This document shows, piece by piece, positions 42,996 through 58,598 of a stretch of 64,000 nucleotides of DNA; position 1 is the first letter of the stretch; each line of letters starts with the position of its first letter. The notes beneath the pieces are model-generated. The model did not search any database, had not been told where the DNA came from, and saw only the letters and a program-made list of their open reading frames with translations. A program made the position numbers and the translations under genes. The DNA is taken from contig OX597818.1 of assembly GCA_951406725.2 (NCBI GenBank), forward strand, positions 88,784,001-88,848,000. Reading direction: 5' to 3'. This stretch comes from Octopus vulgaris. Taxonomy: Eukaryota.

Positions 42996-43564
42996 CATAT
43001 ATATAGACATATATATAGACATATATATATACATTTATATATGTATGTAAGTACGACGGGCTACTTTCCGTTTCCATCTACGTTTGATCGGCCCGAAGCT
43101 ATAGTAGAAGATACCTGCCGAGGGTGCCATGCATGGGACTGAACCCGGAACCATGTGGTTGGGAAGCAGTCTTCTTACCACGCAGTCACGCCTGCGCCTA
43201 AGACATTTTCATATGCATCGACCGAGAATCTGTGAAAGTTATTCAACAAGAAATTGCAGAATCGTTTTCCGCGGCCTCAAGAAGCTACCATACATAAAAG
43301 TAATACGTGATACGCCAAGAAGAAGGTTATTAAATTAATTTAAAACCTCGCTTGCGACGCTAATAAGATTGAGCGTCACTGATCTATATATTAGCATCTC
43401 GTTCAAATCTGATCTTGTCAGAGCCCTTTTTCTCTTGACTTATGTTTTACGACAAATTTTTTAGACGCTTTTGATTTTTGTGTTTCCAGTTTATTACAAC
43501 ATATGCAATTCTTAAATACACTGGCACACGACACCAATATGAAACAGTTGCACACACATACACA

Positions 43565-43613
<49 letters not shown>

Positions 43614-43927
43614 ACACGCACGCACACACACATGCACCACTGGTGACTCATAAACACACACTGCTTATGACTCATACGCACACACAAGCACATATATGTG
43701 TGTGTGAGTGTGCGCGCGCGTGTATCGTGTGTGTTGTGTGTGTGTATGTATGTGTGTTGTATGTGCATGTATGTATACATACAAGCATATCCCGAATTAC
43801 ATTTTTTTTTCGACTTAATGACGTTATTTTAAGAAATTATTGCGAAAAGTTATCCTCAATCTCAGTCGATATATTCGACTTAACGTCGGTCTTCACGAAC
43901 ATATTTTGAAGTATAAAAGTTAAAAAC

Positions 43928-44384
<457 letters not shown>

Positions 44385-44604
44385 TGTTTTATGGTATTTC
44401 TTTTTTTACAATAGGACAAAATTTATATTATTTGCTCTCAACCGAAGCAAGGCTCTATAACCTCACAAAAATAAAGTTAAAATGGTCCGAAAGGCTAACA
44501 CTGGAGTCGAAAAGGAAATGTTATATATGAAAACACATGTACAAACCGTTTATTAAATCAGACACAAGGTTATATAATTTTAGAAATATTTTTCGTCTTA
44601 TTCT

Positions 44605-44970
44605 TCTACTCTTTTACTTGTTTTAAACATTTGACCGCAGTCATACTGGAGCACCACCTTAAAGGATTTTAGTCGAAGAACTCGAATCGGGACTTATTTT
44701 TTGCGAGCCCAGTACTTATTCTATGGGTCTGTTTCCCTAAGTTATGCTGACCTAAACACACCAACATCGGTTGTTAAGCGATGGCGAGGAAACAAACATA
44801 GGCACAGGGATATATATATACATACATATACGATAGGCTTCTTTCAGTTGCCGTCAACCAAATCCACTCACAAGGCTATAATAGACACCACTTGCCCAAG
44901 GTGCCATTCAGTGGGACTGAACCCGGAAACATGTGGTTGGGAAGCAATCTTCTTACCTCATAGCTACACC
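44605..44970 (-). mobile_element. SINE family A
   Basis: Homology to the 6196 copy. Confidence 0.75.
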
Positions 44971-45154
44971 TATATATATATACATACGTAAATTTCGAAC
45001 AATGAGAAGGATTGCTCAACACTGCATTGATGGATAAAATCTCTTTATTTGTGTATTAAGGCTACCATTGGTTTCATGTTAAGAATATATCTTAATCTCT
45101 TAAAACAATTTTTCAAGGCGATCACATGGTGGAGTGGTGCTCTTCTACATTTTG

Positions 45155-45192
<38 letters not shown>

Positions 45193-45254
45193 CGTGTGTG
45201 TGTGTGTATGTGTGAGAGAGCGTGTGTGTCTGTGTGTGTTTATATATATATATA

Positions 45255-45409
45255 TGGCTGTGTGGTAAGTAGCTTGCTTACCAACCACATAGTTCCGGGT
45301 TCAGTCCCACTGCGTGACATCTTGGGCAAGTGTCTTCTACTATAGCCCCGCGCTGACCAATGCCTTGTGAGTGGATTTGGTTGACGGAAACTGAAAGAAG
45401 CCTGTCGTA

Positions 45410-45465
<56 letters not shown>

Positions 45466-45687
45466 CGTATGTGTTTGTGTGTCTGTGTTTGTCCCCCTAG
45501 CATTGCTTGACAACCGACGCTGGTGTGTTTACGTCCCCGTAACTTAGCGGTTCGGCAAAAGAGACCTATAGAATAAGTACTGGGTTTACAAAGAATAAGT
45601 CCCTGGGGTCGATTTGCTCGACTAAAGGCGGTGCTCCAGCATGGCCGCAGTCAAATGACTGAAACATGTAAAAGAGAGTAAAAGAGT
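45255..45687 (+). mobile_element. SINE family A, near full length
   Basis: Homology to the 6196 copy. Confidence 0.85.
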
Positions 45688-45730
45688 ATATATATATGTA
45701 CATACATAGATATATATATATGTACACACA

Positions 45731-45807
<77 letters not shown>

Positions 45808-46124
45808 TATGACTAGTCACATGTGACATCACTGATGGTGCTATTGTTTACACTTAATGCAGTGCAACATGTTGCATGTTCCGGTTCTTACCCTCTAAAC
45901 CAGAACTCCCACTAGGCTTGTCTGATGATGGGGGTTGCAAGAAACCAAGCCGGACTTTAAATATTCTTGCCAAAAGGATGGATGAATCTCGTGTAGCTTC
46001 AACGATGGCTTTCATAGCCACGGATGAATATTTATCACATCTATCTCTCTATCTATCTATCTAATTCTTTCTCTTTCCACAAATACACATACACACAGTT
46101 TTACTCACACACACTCACACACGC

Positions 46125-46206
<82 letters not shown>

Positions 46207-46234
46207 CTTGCATATATATCATTTGTGGTTAAGA

Positions 46235-46286
46235 AGGCTACCAATAGTTTCATGTGCGGCGGGATCTCTTGACAATTTTCAAGCCT
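46235..46286 (-). ncRNA. Hammerhead-like motif, UUGAAAA (U3-A8) family; relatives at 45058-45120 (-) and 46433-46478 (+)
   Basis: rc: aggc UUGAAAA UUGU...ACAU GAAA CUAUUGG UA gccu. Confidence 0.55.
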
Positions 46287-46852
46287 GCTACATGGAAGCG
46301 TTGGCTCTCGTCTCCATTTTGGAGGAAAATACAGATCATGGGAGGTAACTTATCCTGAAATCTCGTAAAATTTCGTGTAACTTCGTGTATTCTCAACCAA
46401 AATTGAGACGAGTACCAACGTTCCCATATAGCAGGCTTGAAAGTTGTTAAGAAATCCTTAACCAGGAAACCATTGGTAACTCACAAGTAAAGATTATTTA
46501 TCCACTAATGCGGAGCTGAGCCCTTATTCCCACTCTTAGATATCAGAGAATATATGTGTGCGTATGTGCGTCCGTGTATGTGTATGTATGTGTGTGTGCG
46601 TGCGTCCGTCCGTGTATGTGCATGTATGTGTGTGTGCGTGTGTGCATCCGTGTATATGTATGTACGTGTGTGTGTATACAGACAAATGCATACACGCATT
46701 CTTACACATATTTATTTATGTATATATCTACGTATATATACATGTTGAAATTAGAAGAGATTTGAATATAAAAAATCTTCAAAAATGTAATGCTTGAAAA
46801 ATATGAAATGAAATTTATGAATGTAGCACACAGACACACACACACACACACG

Positions 46853-46883
<31 letters not shown>

Positions 46884-47632
46884 ATACACACAAACACATT
46901 CACACACACATACACACATACACACACACACGACACATACATACACGCATACTCTCTACTGAAACCTTGGCACAGAATTACACAGAAATATGAGACACAC
47001 ACATATAGGCATACAACTAACATGCACATATACACACTTTTACGTATACGTAAAGAAACAGACATACACACATTGAATGAGCATAACATCATAGCCATAC
47101 ACACACAACCTGTGCTACACAGAAACGTACACATGCACACACATACGCATACATACACACGCGCCCACTTAACGCAACACACACATATACACACCATCTA
47201 TGAAATACACATGCACATATACAGATACTGATGCACGCACGCACACACATACGAACCCCCCCACACACACACATACATATATATAATACGCACACATACA
47301 ACACCTGTGGAACACAAATATATACACATATTCACATAGTTATACGCATACAGAAATTCACACACACACACACAGACGACATGTGATACATATACATGCT
47401 TATACACATGTCTACATACATACACACACCCTTTAACACACACACATGCGCGCACACATACACACACATATACATACCACTTGTGAAACACAATATACAC
47501 ACATATACACACACGCAAATGCAGACATACACACATTAACACACACGCACGTGCACACACATACACACGCGCGCGTACACACATGTATATACATACATAT
47601 ACACACACATAAACACACACACACATATATAT

Positions 47633-47664
<32 letters not shown>

Positions 47665-48035
47665 TAACACACAGACATATACAGAAACATATACTCATAC
47701 ACACACATACACCACCTGTGACACACAGACAGATGAGTGTTTGCAATGGAATGTCAAGTGATTTGTGGCACTGACTGCAAATATACATCGGTGACTCAGC
47801 CAATCTTGAACAATGATTAAAGGAACACTGTTGCCCTAAAGGGCTCACTTAGAGACTCAATAGGGAACCACTCAGCACTTCAGCTCTGTCTCCTTCAAAT
47901 CCGTATTGTGAGCCGTCCAAGTGTGTGAGTGGATGCGAGCGCGCGATTGTGTGCGTGTGTGTGGCGCGCGCTTGGATGTGATTTCATGAATGCATATATA
48001 TGTGTGTGTATATTTATGTGAATCTTTATATGTGC

Positions 48036-48074
<39 letters not shown>

Positions 48075-48093
48075 TATATAGGGAGAGAGAAAG

Positions 48094-48168
<75 letters not shown>

Positions 48169-48169
48169 C

Positions 48170-48221
<52 letters not shown>

Positions 48222-48496
48222 CGGTAGATAGATATAGGTATAAATATAGATATACATATGTATCTGTGTGTACGTGTGTGTAATATATAATATATATTCG
48301 TGCGTGTGTATCTGTGTGTGTGTGTGTATACGTGCAAACGAACATAGACATATACATACGCACACATGCATCTATATGTTTGCATCCATGGCGGCGGATG
48401 GTGTGTGAAAATATTTATGCGACTATGTATGAATGTATATACATGTATACGTGTATGTGTGCATTGGGAAAATCTGATATAGATATATATATACAC

Positions 48497-48564
<68 letters not shown>

Positions 48565-48565
48565 G

Positions 48566-48615
<50 letters not shown>

Positions 48616-49073
48616 CACACTCACGCGCTCATGCACGCGTAAGATACATGTAGATATTTGTATGCATATATGAGGGAGCACTCATGTGTACGCGCAGCGT
48701 GTCTCCAAACGCGAGCATGTACGTTAATGCACATGTATGTATGCATGTACATGCCACTCATTGTGCTAAGGTGCTTGTCAGTTGAAACATGCAGTCAGAT
48801 ATGAGAGTCAAGATGAATTATTATTAATACACATTCTCACATTCTGCATGTTTTCTTAATACTGCAGCTATCTCAGGAGCACCAACTGCTGGGCCTTATA
48901 TTCTCCCCTTCTCTCAATTTCTTTCTTTCTTTCTTTCCCCCCTCTCTCTCTCTCACGCTCTCTATTTCTATTATCTCTCTGTTTAACATTCTCCCTAAAA
49001 CACATAGCTACTGTAAAGGATGGTGCTTTTAGTACACGTACAAAAATATGAAATAACCATATATGTGTATGTA

Positions 49074-49109
<36 letters not shown>

Positions 49110-49189
49110 TGTATGTATGTATGTATTTATGTATGTATGTATGTATGTGTGTATGTATGTATGTATGTATGTATGTATGTATGTATGAT

Positions 49190-49462
49190 CGACCAGACTA
49201 TCGGATGTTGTTATCCCAGGTCACAATGTGTTTTGCATCGATTTGTAGTTTTCGAATGATGTCACCCTTCTGGCTAGGTGAGCAGGCCGACCTATACCTC
49301 TGATTGGAAGGTTAATCAGTGGCAGATTTACTCATTTACAGCTGAGTGAACTGGGCCAACCTAAAATTGTTTTGCTCAAGAATACAACTTACAGCCCGGT
49401 CTGGTTATCGAAAACATGATCATGACACCGTGAGTGCAAAACGCCTAACCACTTGGCCGCAC
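49190..49462 (-). mobile_element. Degenerate tRNA-derived SINE
   Basis: rc head gcggccaagtggttaggcg..ttcgata..cttgagcaa..cactcagctgtaaatgagta; a related head lies at ~41755-41860. Confidence 0.55.
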
Positions 49463-49504
49463 CCCTTATATATATTAATGTATATGTGTGTGTGTGTATG
49501 TGTA

Positions 49505-50663
49505 CTAGCAGTAATACCCGTCGTTGATAGGATAATTTTACTGTTTCTCGGGAGCCACATTGAAAGTATTATTATAGATATTTTTTACTACTCCTGTATG
49601 TGTGTATATTTATAATAGAAAAAATATGTAATAATTGAAGTAGAAAAAAGATCAATTTCATACATGACATCTGTTTGTTTATTATATGATAATGATGAGT
49701 TGTATGTCTTATTTTATTTATCAATACAGTAATGGCGATAATATAATACAGTTCATTTAAATAGGCAATTCATTCATTCTTGAATGTAATGACAGTAATG
49801 GTAAATTAAATCATTGAAGTGTTCATGTTGCATTAAGAGTGAATATTTCTTTATAAACGATATTTTTTTGTTTTATTTCGGAGTGCATAAGCAAAAATAT
49901 TTCCTTTTGCACCCACACATGATGCTCCTAGCCATGTGAAAAGCATGGTTGTTCAAGTTGCAATCCAGCAACTTTTAGTGTTTGGACCTAAATTTTATTA
50001 ATGCTCATGGCAAAAGAAACACGGAGAGGAAATTGCAACTGCTTAAATTGGAATGGGACATTAGATGGAATAACTGGTATGCGAGGAATGAAAACGGTCT
50101 TACCGTTACCATAACTAGTGAGAATATTCGCCTCAATACAGTTTGTCATAAGTTTTTGCACAATTAATCTTGTACCATTGCATAATTTTGGTTTAGACAA
50201 ATTACGCAATAGGCGTCCCTTTTTTCACCTGAAGACAATGAGGAGCTGTACGTGGTGGTTCTAGTGAGTTGAAAAAATCGATGGGGGTGGTCAATTGAGT
50301 TATAAGTAAATGTTTCTCCCGGAAGCTTATTCAATATCATATTATTAATTCTATGTACTGCAACATTTTTTGGAGCCAGGATAGCTCGCTCAGAGATCCA
50401 ATCTGTATTGTTGGCATTATGAAGAAGATTAGGAAAGATTTCATTCGCCAAATCATAGACGGAATCACTTGAATTACATACTGGATTGAGTGTAAAAAAC
50501 TGTTCTTCATCAAGTGGAACTCCCCTTTCACCGAGTTTCAAAAACTGCTCTGCAAATAGTTCAGCTGATTGATCTCTTGAAAGCCTCGATCTCATATAAT
50601 AATTGAAGTAGAAAAAAGATCAAACTCATATATGAACTGTTCGTTTATATAATAAACGAACAG
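49505..50663 (-). mobile_element. Helitron 3' fragment with Pif1-family helicase remnant
   Basis: ERAILAPKN..V..IN, RNL..PKLCNGTRL, IPRI, QFPLRVSFAMSINK, CFSHG; the minus-strand end is a degenerate hairpin (cctatcaacgacggg), 8 nt, then CTAG|T. Confidence 0.88.
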
Positions 50664-50768
50664 AACAGTTCCGGGTTCAGTCCCAGTGAGGGCACCTTGA
50701 GCAAGTGATTTTGTGAGTGATTTTGTGAGTGATTTTGGTAGACGGAAATATGTATGCGTGTATGTATG

Positions 50769-50852
<84 letters not shown>

Positions 50853-51092
50853 TACTACCCACAAGGGGCTAAACTCAGAGGAGACCAACAAGGACAGACA
50901 AAGGGATTAAGTCGATTACATCGACCCTCAGTGCATAACTGGTACTTAATTTATCGACCCCGGAAGGATGAAAGGCAAAGTCGACCTCGGCGGAATTTGA
51001 ACTCGGACCGTAACGGCAGACGAAATACCGTTAAGCATTTCGCCCGGCGTGCTAAAGATTCTGCCAGCTAAATATATATATATATAAAATAC

Positions 51093-51144
<52 letters not shown>

Positions 51145-51862
51145 CGTGTGTATGTGTGTGCGTATGTATATGTGTGTATGTTTTTTCTAAGTTAGTCCAT
51201 GACCACTTGACAAATGGTGCTGGTGTATTTATATCCCTGTAACTTTGTGGTTAGACTAAAAAGAAAAAAAAGTTTGGGGTTTGATTCGTTCGACTAAAAT
51301 TCTTCATGGTGGTACTCCAGCATGGCTGCAGACTAATGATGAAAAAAGGTAAAAGTAAAAGATAAAACAAAACTATGTACTTGTGTGTGCATGGTGTTAC
51401 GAACTTGCTGATGTACTACACAGTGAATATGCGTGTATGTGTATGTATATAATGTGTTGTCTGTACCTTATAATATGTCTGTAAGTACCACGTTTTGTGT
51501 ATCTGCGCATGGTATTATTTACATACACGACTGTGTTCAAGAGTTATCTCTTCTGTTTTAGATTTTTCGTATTTCTTTTTATTAGTTCGTAACTGTTGGT
51601 TCGGAACCATAAAGTACCTAAATTTATATTCAACGTTTCCATAGCTTCACAGTCGCTTTTTCTATATGAATTTTTCTATATGAATTCAACCAGTATATTA
51701 CAAATAACACAGACAACAAATATATTCAGTTCTTGATAATGAGACTGTAAATAGGAATTTAGGCATTTTATTGTTCCAAACCAACCGTTAAAATATAACT
51801 AATATGAAAAGTCTAAAATATTCGATAAAATTTGTACACAGTCGTGTATTCAACAAAGCACG

Positions 51863-51998
<136 letters not shown>

Positions 51999-52068
51999 AA
52001 AGAGAGAGATTATGTCTGTTTGTTGTCCTGCAAAGTGAACGTAAATCGTTCAGAGGAAGTTATCATGA

Positions 52069-52129
<61 letters not shown>

Positions 52130-52140
52130 GTATATATTTT

Positions 52141-52303
52141 ATACGACGTGCTTCCTTCAGTTTGCGTCTACCAAATTCACTCACAAAGTTTTAATCAGAT
52201 CGAGAAAATTGTAGAAAACACTTGCCCATGGTGCCCTCACTGGGACTGAATCCTGAACTATGTGGTTGCGAAGCAAACCTCTTACCACACAGCCACACCT
52301 GCG
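52141..52303 (-). mobile_element. SINE family A 5' half
   Basis: rc ggcgcaggtgtggctgtgtggtaagagg... Confidence 0.75.
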
Positions 52304-53189
52304 CCACATACACTGCCAGGTACATACAAATAAACACAGTATGAGTTGCACACAAACAAGTAGTTTATCTTGTACGCGTACATTTATCTTCGTCCAGCCA
52401 AACGACATGAACCGTCTTGTTATCCTAGATGAAGGATGATTGAGGATATGCGCAATGACTTTGTTTAAAGTGAAGAAGAGTTGAACCACCGCCAGCCTCG
52501 CTCTTTCGTCTCTGAGCATCTTTAATCCCGTGGCAAGACTAGGACTAGACGACTGGGAATGAAGACAAATGCAGTGGACGATCAAGGTGTCTTACATGTG
52601 GACGATCAAGATGTCTTGCTTGCCTTAATATTGCTCGCTGTAACCCCACAAAGCGTTGGTGCAGCTGCGATTCCCTCCACATGAAAACGCAGCTGAACGT
52701 TTTCATGTGGAGCTAAAAACGTTCAGCTGCGTTTTCAGCTCCACATGAGGGGTTTCTTTCACAGAGTCCACCGGATCCAGTCTTCACAAGCATAGGAAGG
52801 CAAGCCTTGGTACATGCAAGTACAAACTCGCGCGTGCGCGCGCACGCAAACACACACACACACACACACACACATAAACACACACACACACACACACACG
52901 CGCGGGTACGTACACTCACAAACATGCACGCACTTATTCACGTATTATGAGGTAAGATACAAGCATGATGAAATGTTTAGCTTTTCTTCGTGAGATACGT
53001 TAAGTGAAAAACTGAGTGTAAAGGTTTATGAAAAATTCGAAATGCTCAGCTGAGGATGGTGAAGGATTGAAATTTGAAATGAACACACACAGACATAGAC
53101 ACGCACGCACACACAACCGTACAAACAAGCAAACATACACACATACATAAACATACAAATGCATACATAGTCACGTATTAACATATGTT

Positions 53190-53562
53190 CACCAATGTCA
53201 CCACCACCATCATCACAAATGTTATCAACATCATCGTCGTCGTCGTTATAGCCGCAGTCGTCGTCATCACGACCATCACTACAAGCAGACCAATCACCAC
53301 TACAAACAACCATAACCACAACCATCAATATCACCATCAACACCACCATTAACATCATCACCGGCATCGTCATCAGCATCATCACAGCAACAAAACCACC
53401 ACTACCATCATCATCATCATCGTCATCAGCATCATCAACATTATCATCATCATCATCATCATCATCATCGCTATCATCATCATCGTCATCATCACCATCA
53501 CCATCACCATCATCATCATCGTCGTCGTCGTCGTCGTCACCATCACCATCATCATCATGGTC

Positions 53563-53610
<48 letters not shown>

Positions 53611-53654
53611 GTCGTCGTTGTCGTCGTCACCATCACCATCACCATCACCATCAC

Positions 53655-53688
<34 letters not shown>

Positions 53689-53711
53689 GTCGTCGTCGTC
53701 GTCGTCGTCAC

Positions 53712-53747
<36 letters not shown>

Positions 53748-53790
53748 TACCATCATCACCACCATCATCATTGTCATCACCACCACCACC

Positions 53791-53832
<42 letters not shown>

Positions 53833-53867
53833 GTCATCATTATCATCATCGTCATCATCATCACCAC

Positions 53868-53899
<32 letters not shown>

Positions 53900-54080
53900 C
53901 CATCGTCACCATCATCGTCATCATCATCGTCGTCGTCATCACCATCATCATCACTATCATGATGATGATGATGATGATGATCATCATCATCATCATCATC
54001 ATCGTCATCACCATCATCATCACCATCATCATCATCATCACCACCACCACCACCACCATCATCGTCATCATCACCACCAC

Positions 54081-54129
<49 letters not shown>

Positions 54130-54146
54130 GACGTCATCATCTTCAC
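53190..54146. repeat. ~950-bp (CAT/CAC/CGT)n trinucleotide array
   Basis: Directly visible; source of the poly-M/I/S ORFs. Confidence 0.95.
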
Positions 54147-54445
54147 CATTGCACCCATAGAGTCAGCTACCAATTTTCACACGCCAACAACTAGTCTACA
54201 GATATCGCAAAACAGATAATATAAGCATCAACACGTACATCTTCAGCATCACATAATCGTATATTCCATAAAATCAACACTGTATGTTGAGGGGATCTCT
54301 ATCGGTGTGCGCACAAATGGATATACGTACGAATGTATATATACGTTCGCGCACGCGCGCACATGCACGTGCATACATCCCATCATGCACTAAAAATGTA
54401 TACTACCTGCCCATAATTCTTCTAAGACATACACACACGAACACA

Positions 54446-54669
54446 GAGGCACACACGCATTCAAAGAAGCAAAGAAACGAATACTAAAGTGTGTACAGAC
54501 TACATATGTATACATACATATATATACTACATATATATATATATATACACATCACAGATGAAAAATGTTGCATATTCATACGACAAATAAGTTTCACATA
54601 CACATACATACGCAAACGCCGAAGCGTAAAGAGGTAGGCATGAATGTAGATAGATAGATAGATAGATAT

Positions 54670-54735
<66 letters not shown>

Positions 54736-54770
54736 TGATAGATAGACAGACCGACAGACATAGAGAGACT

Positions 54771-54802
<32 letters not shown>

Positions 54803-54873
54803 TAGAGGGACAGACAGACAGACAGATAGATGAACGGACGGACGGACGGACGGGCGGACGGATGGACGGACGG

Positions 54874-54933
<60 letters not shown>

Positions 54934-55161
54934 ATGGATAGGTAGATGGATGGATAGATAAAAAATTACAAAAACGAAGGATAGATAAATATATACATAC
55001 TTATATACATTTACGCTTCGGCGTTTGCGTATGTATGTGTATGTAAAACTTATTTGTCGTATGAATAGGCGACATTTTTCATCTGCGATGTGTGTATATA
55101 TATGTAGTCTGTATACACTTTAGTATTCGTTTGTTTATTTCTTTGTGTACGTATGTGCCTC
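54446..55161. repeat. Inverted repeat (arms 54446-54630 and 55010-55161) enclosing a GATA/GACA/GACG/GATG array
   Basis: catacgcaaacgccgaagcgtaaa versus tttacgcttcggcgtttgcgtatg, and further pairing outward. Confidence 0.85.
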
Positions 55162-55202
55162 CATGCGTGTGGTGTGTGTGGTGTGGTGGTGCTGGTGGTG
55201 GT

Positions 55203-55248
<46 letters not shown>

Positions 55249-56257
55249 TGTTGGAAGATAGACAGATAGAGAGAGATATGTGTGTTTTGTGTGAATGTGT
55301 ATATATATATATATATATACATACACACGCATACATACATAATACATACATATATATAAACACACATACATGCATGCACACATATATACATATCCATACA
55401 TACATACATACATACACATATATACACACACATACACGCACACACATACATACATATATACACACATACATACATACACACACATACATACATACATAGA
55501 TACATACACACATACACACACATATGCACAGTCATTCATACATACATACACATATACATACACACACATACGCACACACATTCATAAATACATACACACA
55601 TACACACATAAATACACACATACATACATACATACACACATACATAGACACATACATACATACATACACACATAGATACATACATACACACATACATACA
55701 CACACATACGCACACACATTCATAAATACATACACACATACACACATACATACACACATACATACATACACGCACACATACATACATACATACATACATA
55801 CATACATACATACATACATACATAATTATCCCCCAATCCGGCAATATCTCAGCAAGCTTGTTGACAGTTGTCAAATATTACTTGACAAGATCGTTAACTT
55901 TCGTATGTGTACGTCAGTCTACGCGAATAGAAATACTCACACAAGTATACAGGCCCCTCCCCCCCACACACACACACCACCACATACACGTGTAAAAGAG
56001 CATCCCCAAATATATAAATATATGTCATGTATATAAAACTTCATGGCATGTGTCGAGTACCTGTTGCGCCGTTTGTAACTCGAAGCATTATAATTGCACA
56101 TGTGTAGGCGTGCATGTGCGCATATATGTGTGTATGTGTATACATACATATATATATTTGTGCGTATGTATATATATATATTTATTTAAACATATATATA
56201 TATAGATATAGAGAGATAAATATGTAAGAGGTGTATATCTGTTTATAAATGTGTATG

Positions 56258-56313
<56 letters not shown>

Positions 56314-57200
56314 CTTGAGTTATGCGGTTCACATCAATTGCTTTTCGATGATGAAATGAAGGGAATAAAATATATCGTTATCATTTACACACACACACAC
56401 ACACACACGCACACACACAAACACACGCAGACACGCACACACACACATAAACACATGCACACAAACTTACACACACAAACACACACATATGCACGCACGC
56501 ATATGTATATTTGTCTGTATATATATATATGTATAAATCATATATACATGCATGCAGACACGTACACACATACACACATACACACTCACACATACATACA
56601 TACATACATATATGTATACATACATACATACATACATACATACATACATACATACATACATAATACATACATACATACATACATACATACATACATACAT
56701 ACATACATACATACATACATACATACATACATACATACATACATACATACATTTAGAAACACGCATTTTATTTCTAAAGTATTCGGTTATTTGAGTTTCT
56801 CCTCATTATTACGAATATGTACAACCTATGTATGTGTGCGTGTGTGTGTGTTTGAGAGAGAGAGAGAGAGAGAAGGAGAATGGTGGGAGGGAGACCAGAA
56901 GGCCACGTGAAAATGAATCTTGTCATACAAATAAAAGATAATGTAAACCTGTATCAAATATATATTCTCCGGACACAAGTATGTGCTGCTATAACGCACA
57001 AACTTACTCATACTACTGTGATGACTAAACGGAAATTACAGTTCATAAACAAAACCAGTGAAATACACAATGGCTTTACTGGTAAAAAAAAAGTAACTAA
57101 TAAGTAAACAATTTAAAATAACATTACCAAAATAAGCATTACAATAAATAATGGAACGAAATATTTCGCGGATATACTGCTTATAGTTTTGATAATCATA

Positions 57201-58030
57201 TACGAGATAGAACCCAGAAGAAACCGGAACTTTGCAATGTTATTTTATTCAATCAGTTTTACATGATAACACTTTTATCGCCTTCAAAGTATCGCCTTCA
57301 AATTAATTCTCCATTTGAAGCAATGCATCGGCCCAGACGCATTTTCCACTGTTCGAAGCAGTGCTGGAACTCTTGCGAAGTGATTCCTTTTAATGCCTCC
57401 GTTGTTTTTCTTTTTTTCTTTTCTTTTTCTCCACCTATTCCACATCTACAAATCCCGTAGCACCCGCTTCCGCTACCAGTGATGACCTTCGAAGGAAGGT
57501 CCGGATCAACTTCTAACTGTTCTTTCAGTTCACGACACGCATTCAGTCGTGACTGCTTTTAAGAATTCTCTGAGAATTAATATAGTAGATGTTAATCACT
57601 TGAACGCCTCTAACACAATTGTTTTTACCAATACAGATACAGTTAAACAGACATACAGCAATGAAAAATCTTTACGAAGTAAAACCTTTTCTGTACATAG
57701 TATTCCATTCATCATCCTTAAAACAACCCTTATTTTGAGCAGGATGGGCTACTCAGTCTGAAGAAATGAACAAGTGAGGCACAAATTTTGCAGCAACTCT
57801 TTGCATTCGCAATTCCTCGTCCAAAATTAGTTGGCAGGAGATCCAGGATACACCAGTCATAGCAACGAGCTCGTCAATTTTTCGGAGACGGTCCTCCAAG
57901 ATCAGTTCATGAATTTTCATGATGTTCTCATTCTTTCGGGTGGTCGACAGTTAACCAGAGCGAAGTTGGTCTTCAAGCGCCAAGTGACCAATCCTAAAGC
58001 GTGAAAACCATTCGTAAACTTGTGTTTTTG
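57201..58030 (-). mobile_element. Degraded mariner fragments
   Basis: TA-cgag.. TIR-like start; rc peptides CFEQWKMRLGRCIASNGE and RVAAKFVP. Confidence 0.6.
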
Positions 58031-58308
58031 CTCATGGCAGCGTCCTTGTTCGCAGTTTGAAGCATGACAACTGTTTCTCCGTTTTCTCCTTCGTTTCAGC
58101 CATCGCCAGAAATCGAGGAACCGGGAAGAAGCAGTGCGAAGCAAAGACGCAGCACGTGGGAGCACAACTTCAGAAGACAAGGATGGTCAGCAGACTGATG
58201 TCAGAGGGTCGCATCAAGTGGCTTCTAGCGGCGGAAACCCGGCGGAAACCCGAACGGTGATGAGTTGAAGATTATAATTATTATTCATAGAATATTTATT
58301 ACTGTTAT

Positions 58309-58398
<90 letters not shown>

Positions 58399-58404
58399 TT
58401 ATAT

Positions 58405-58457
<53 letters not shown>

Positions 58458-58496
58458 TACATTCATATATATTATATATATAAATATATAAATATA

Positions 58497-58570
<74 letters not shown>

Positions 58571-58598
58571 TAATAATAATAATAAAAATAACAATAAC

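Noticed and set aside
45915-45951. ggcttgt-CTGATGA-...-GAAA-c-caagcc hammerhead-like string
   Set aside because: Stem I and the core boxes are present, but stem II is unconvincing and stem III/NUH is missing; at most a deleted remnant.
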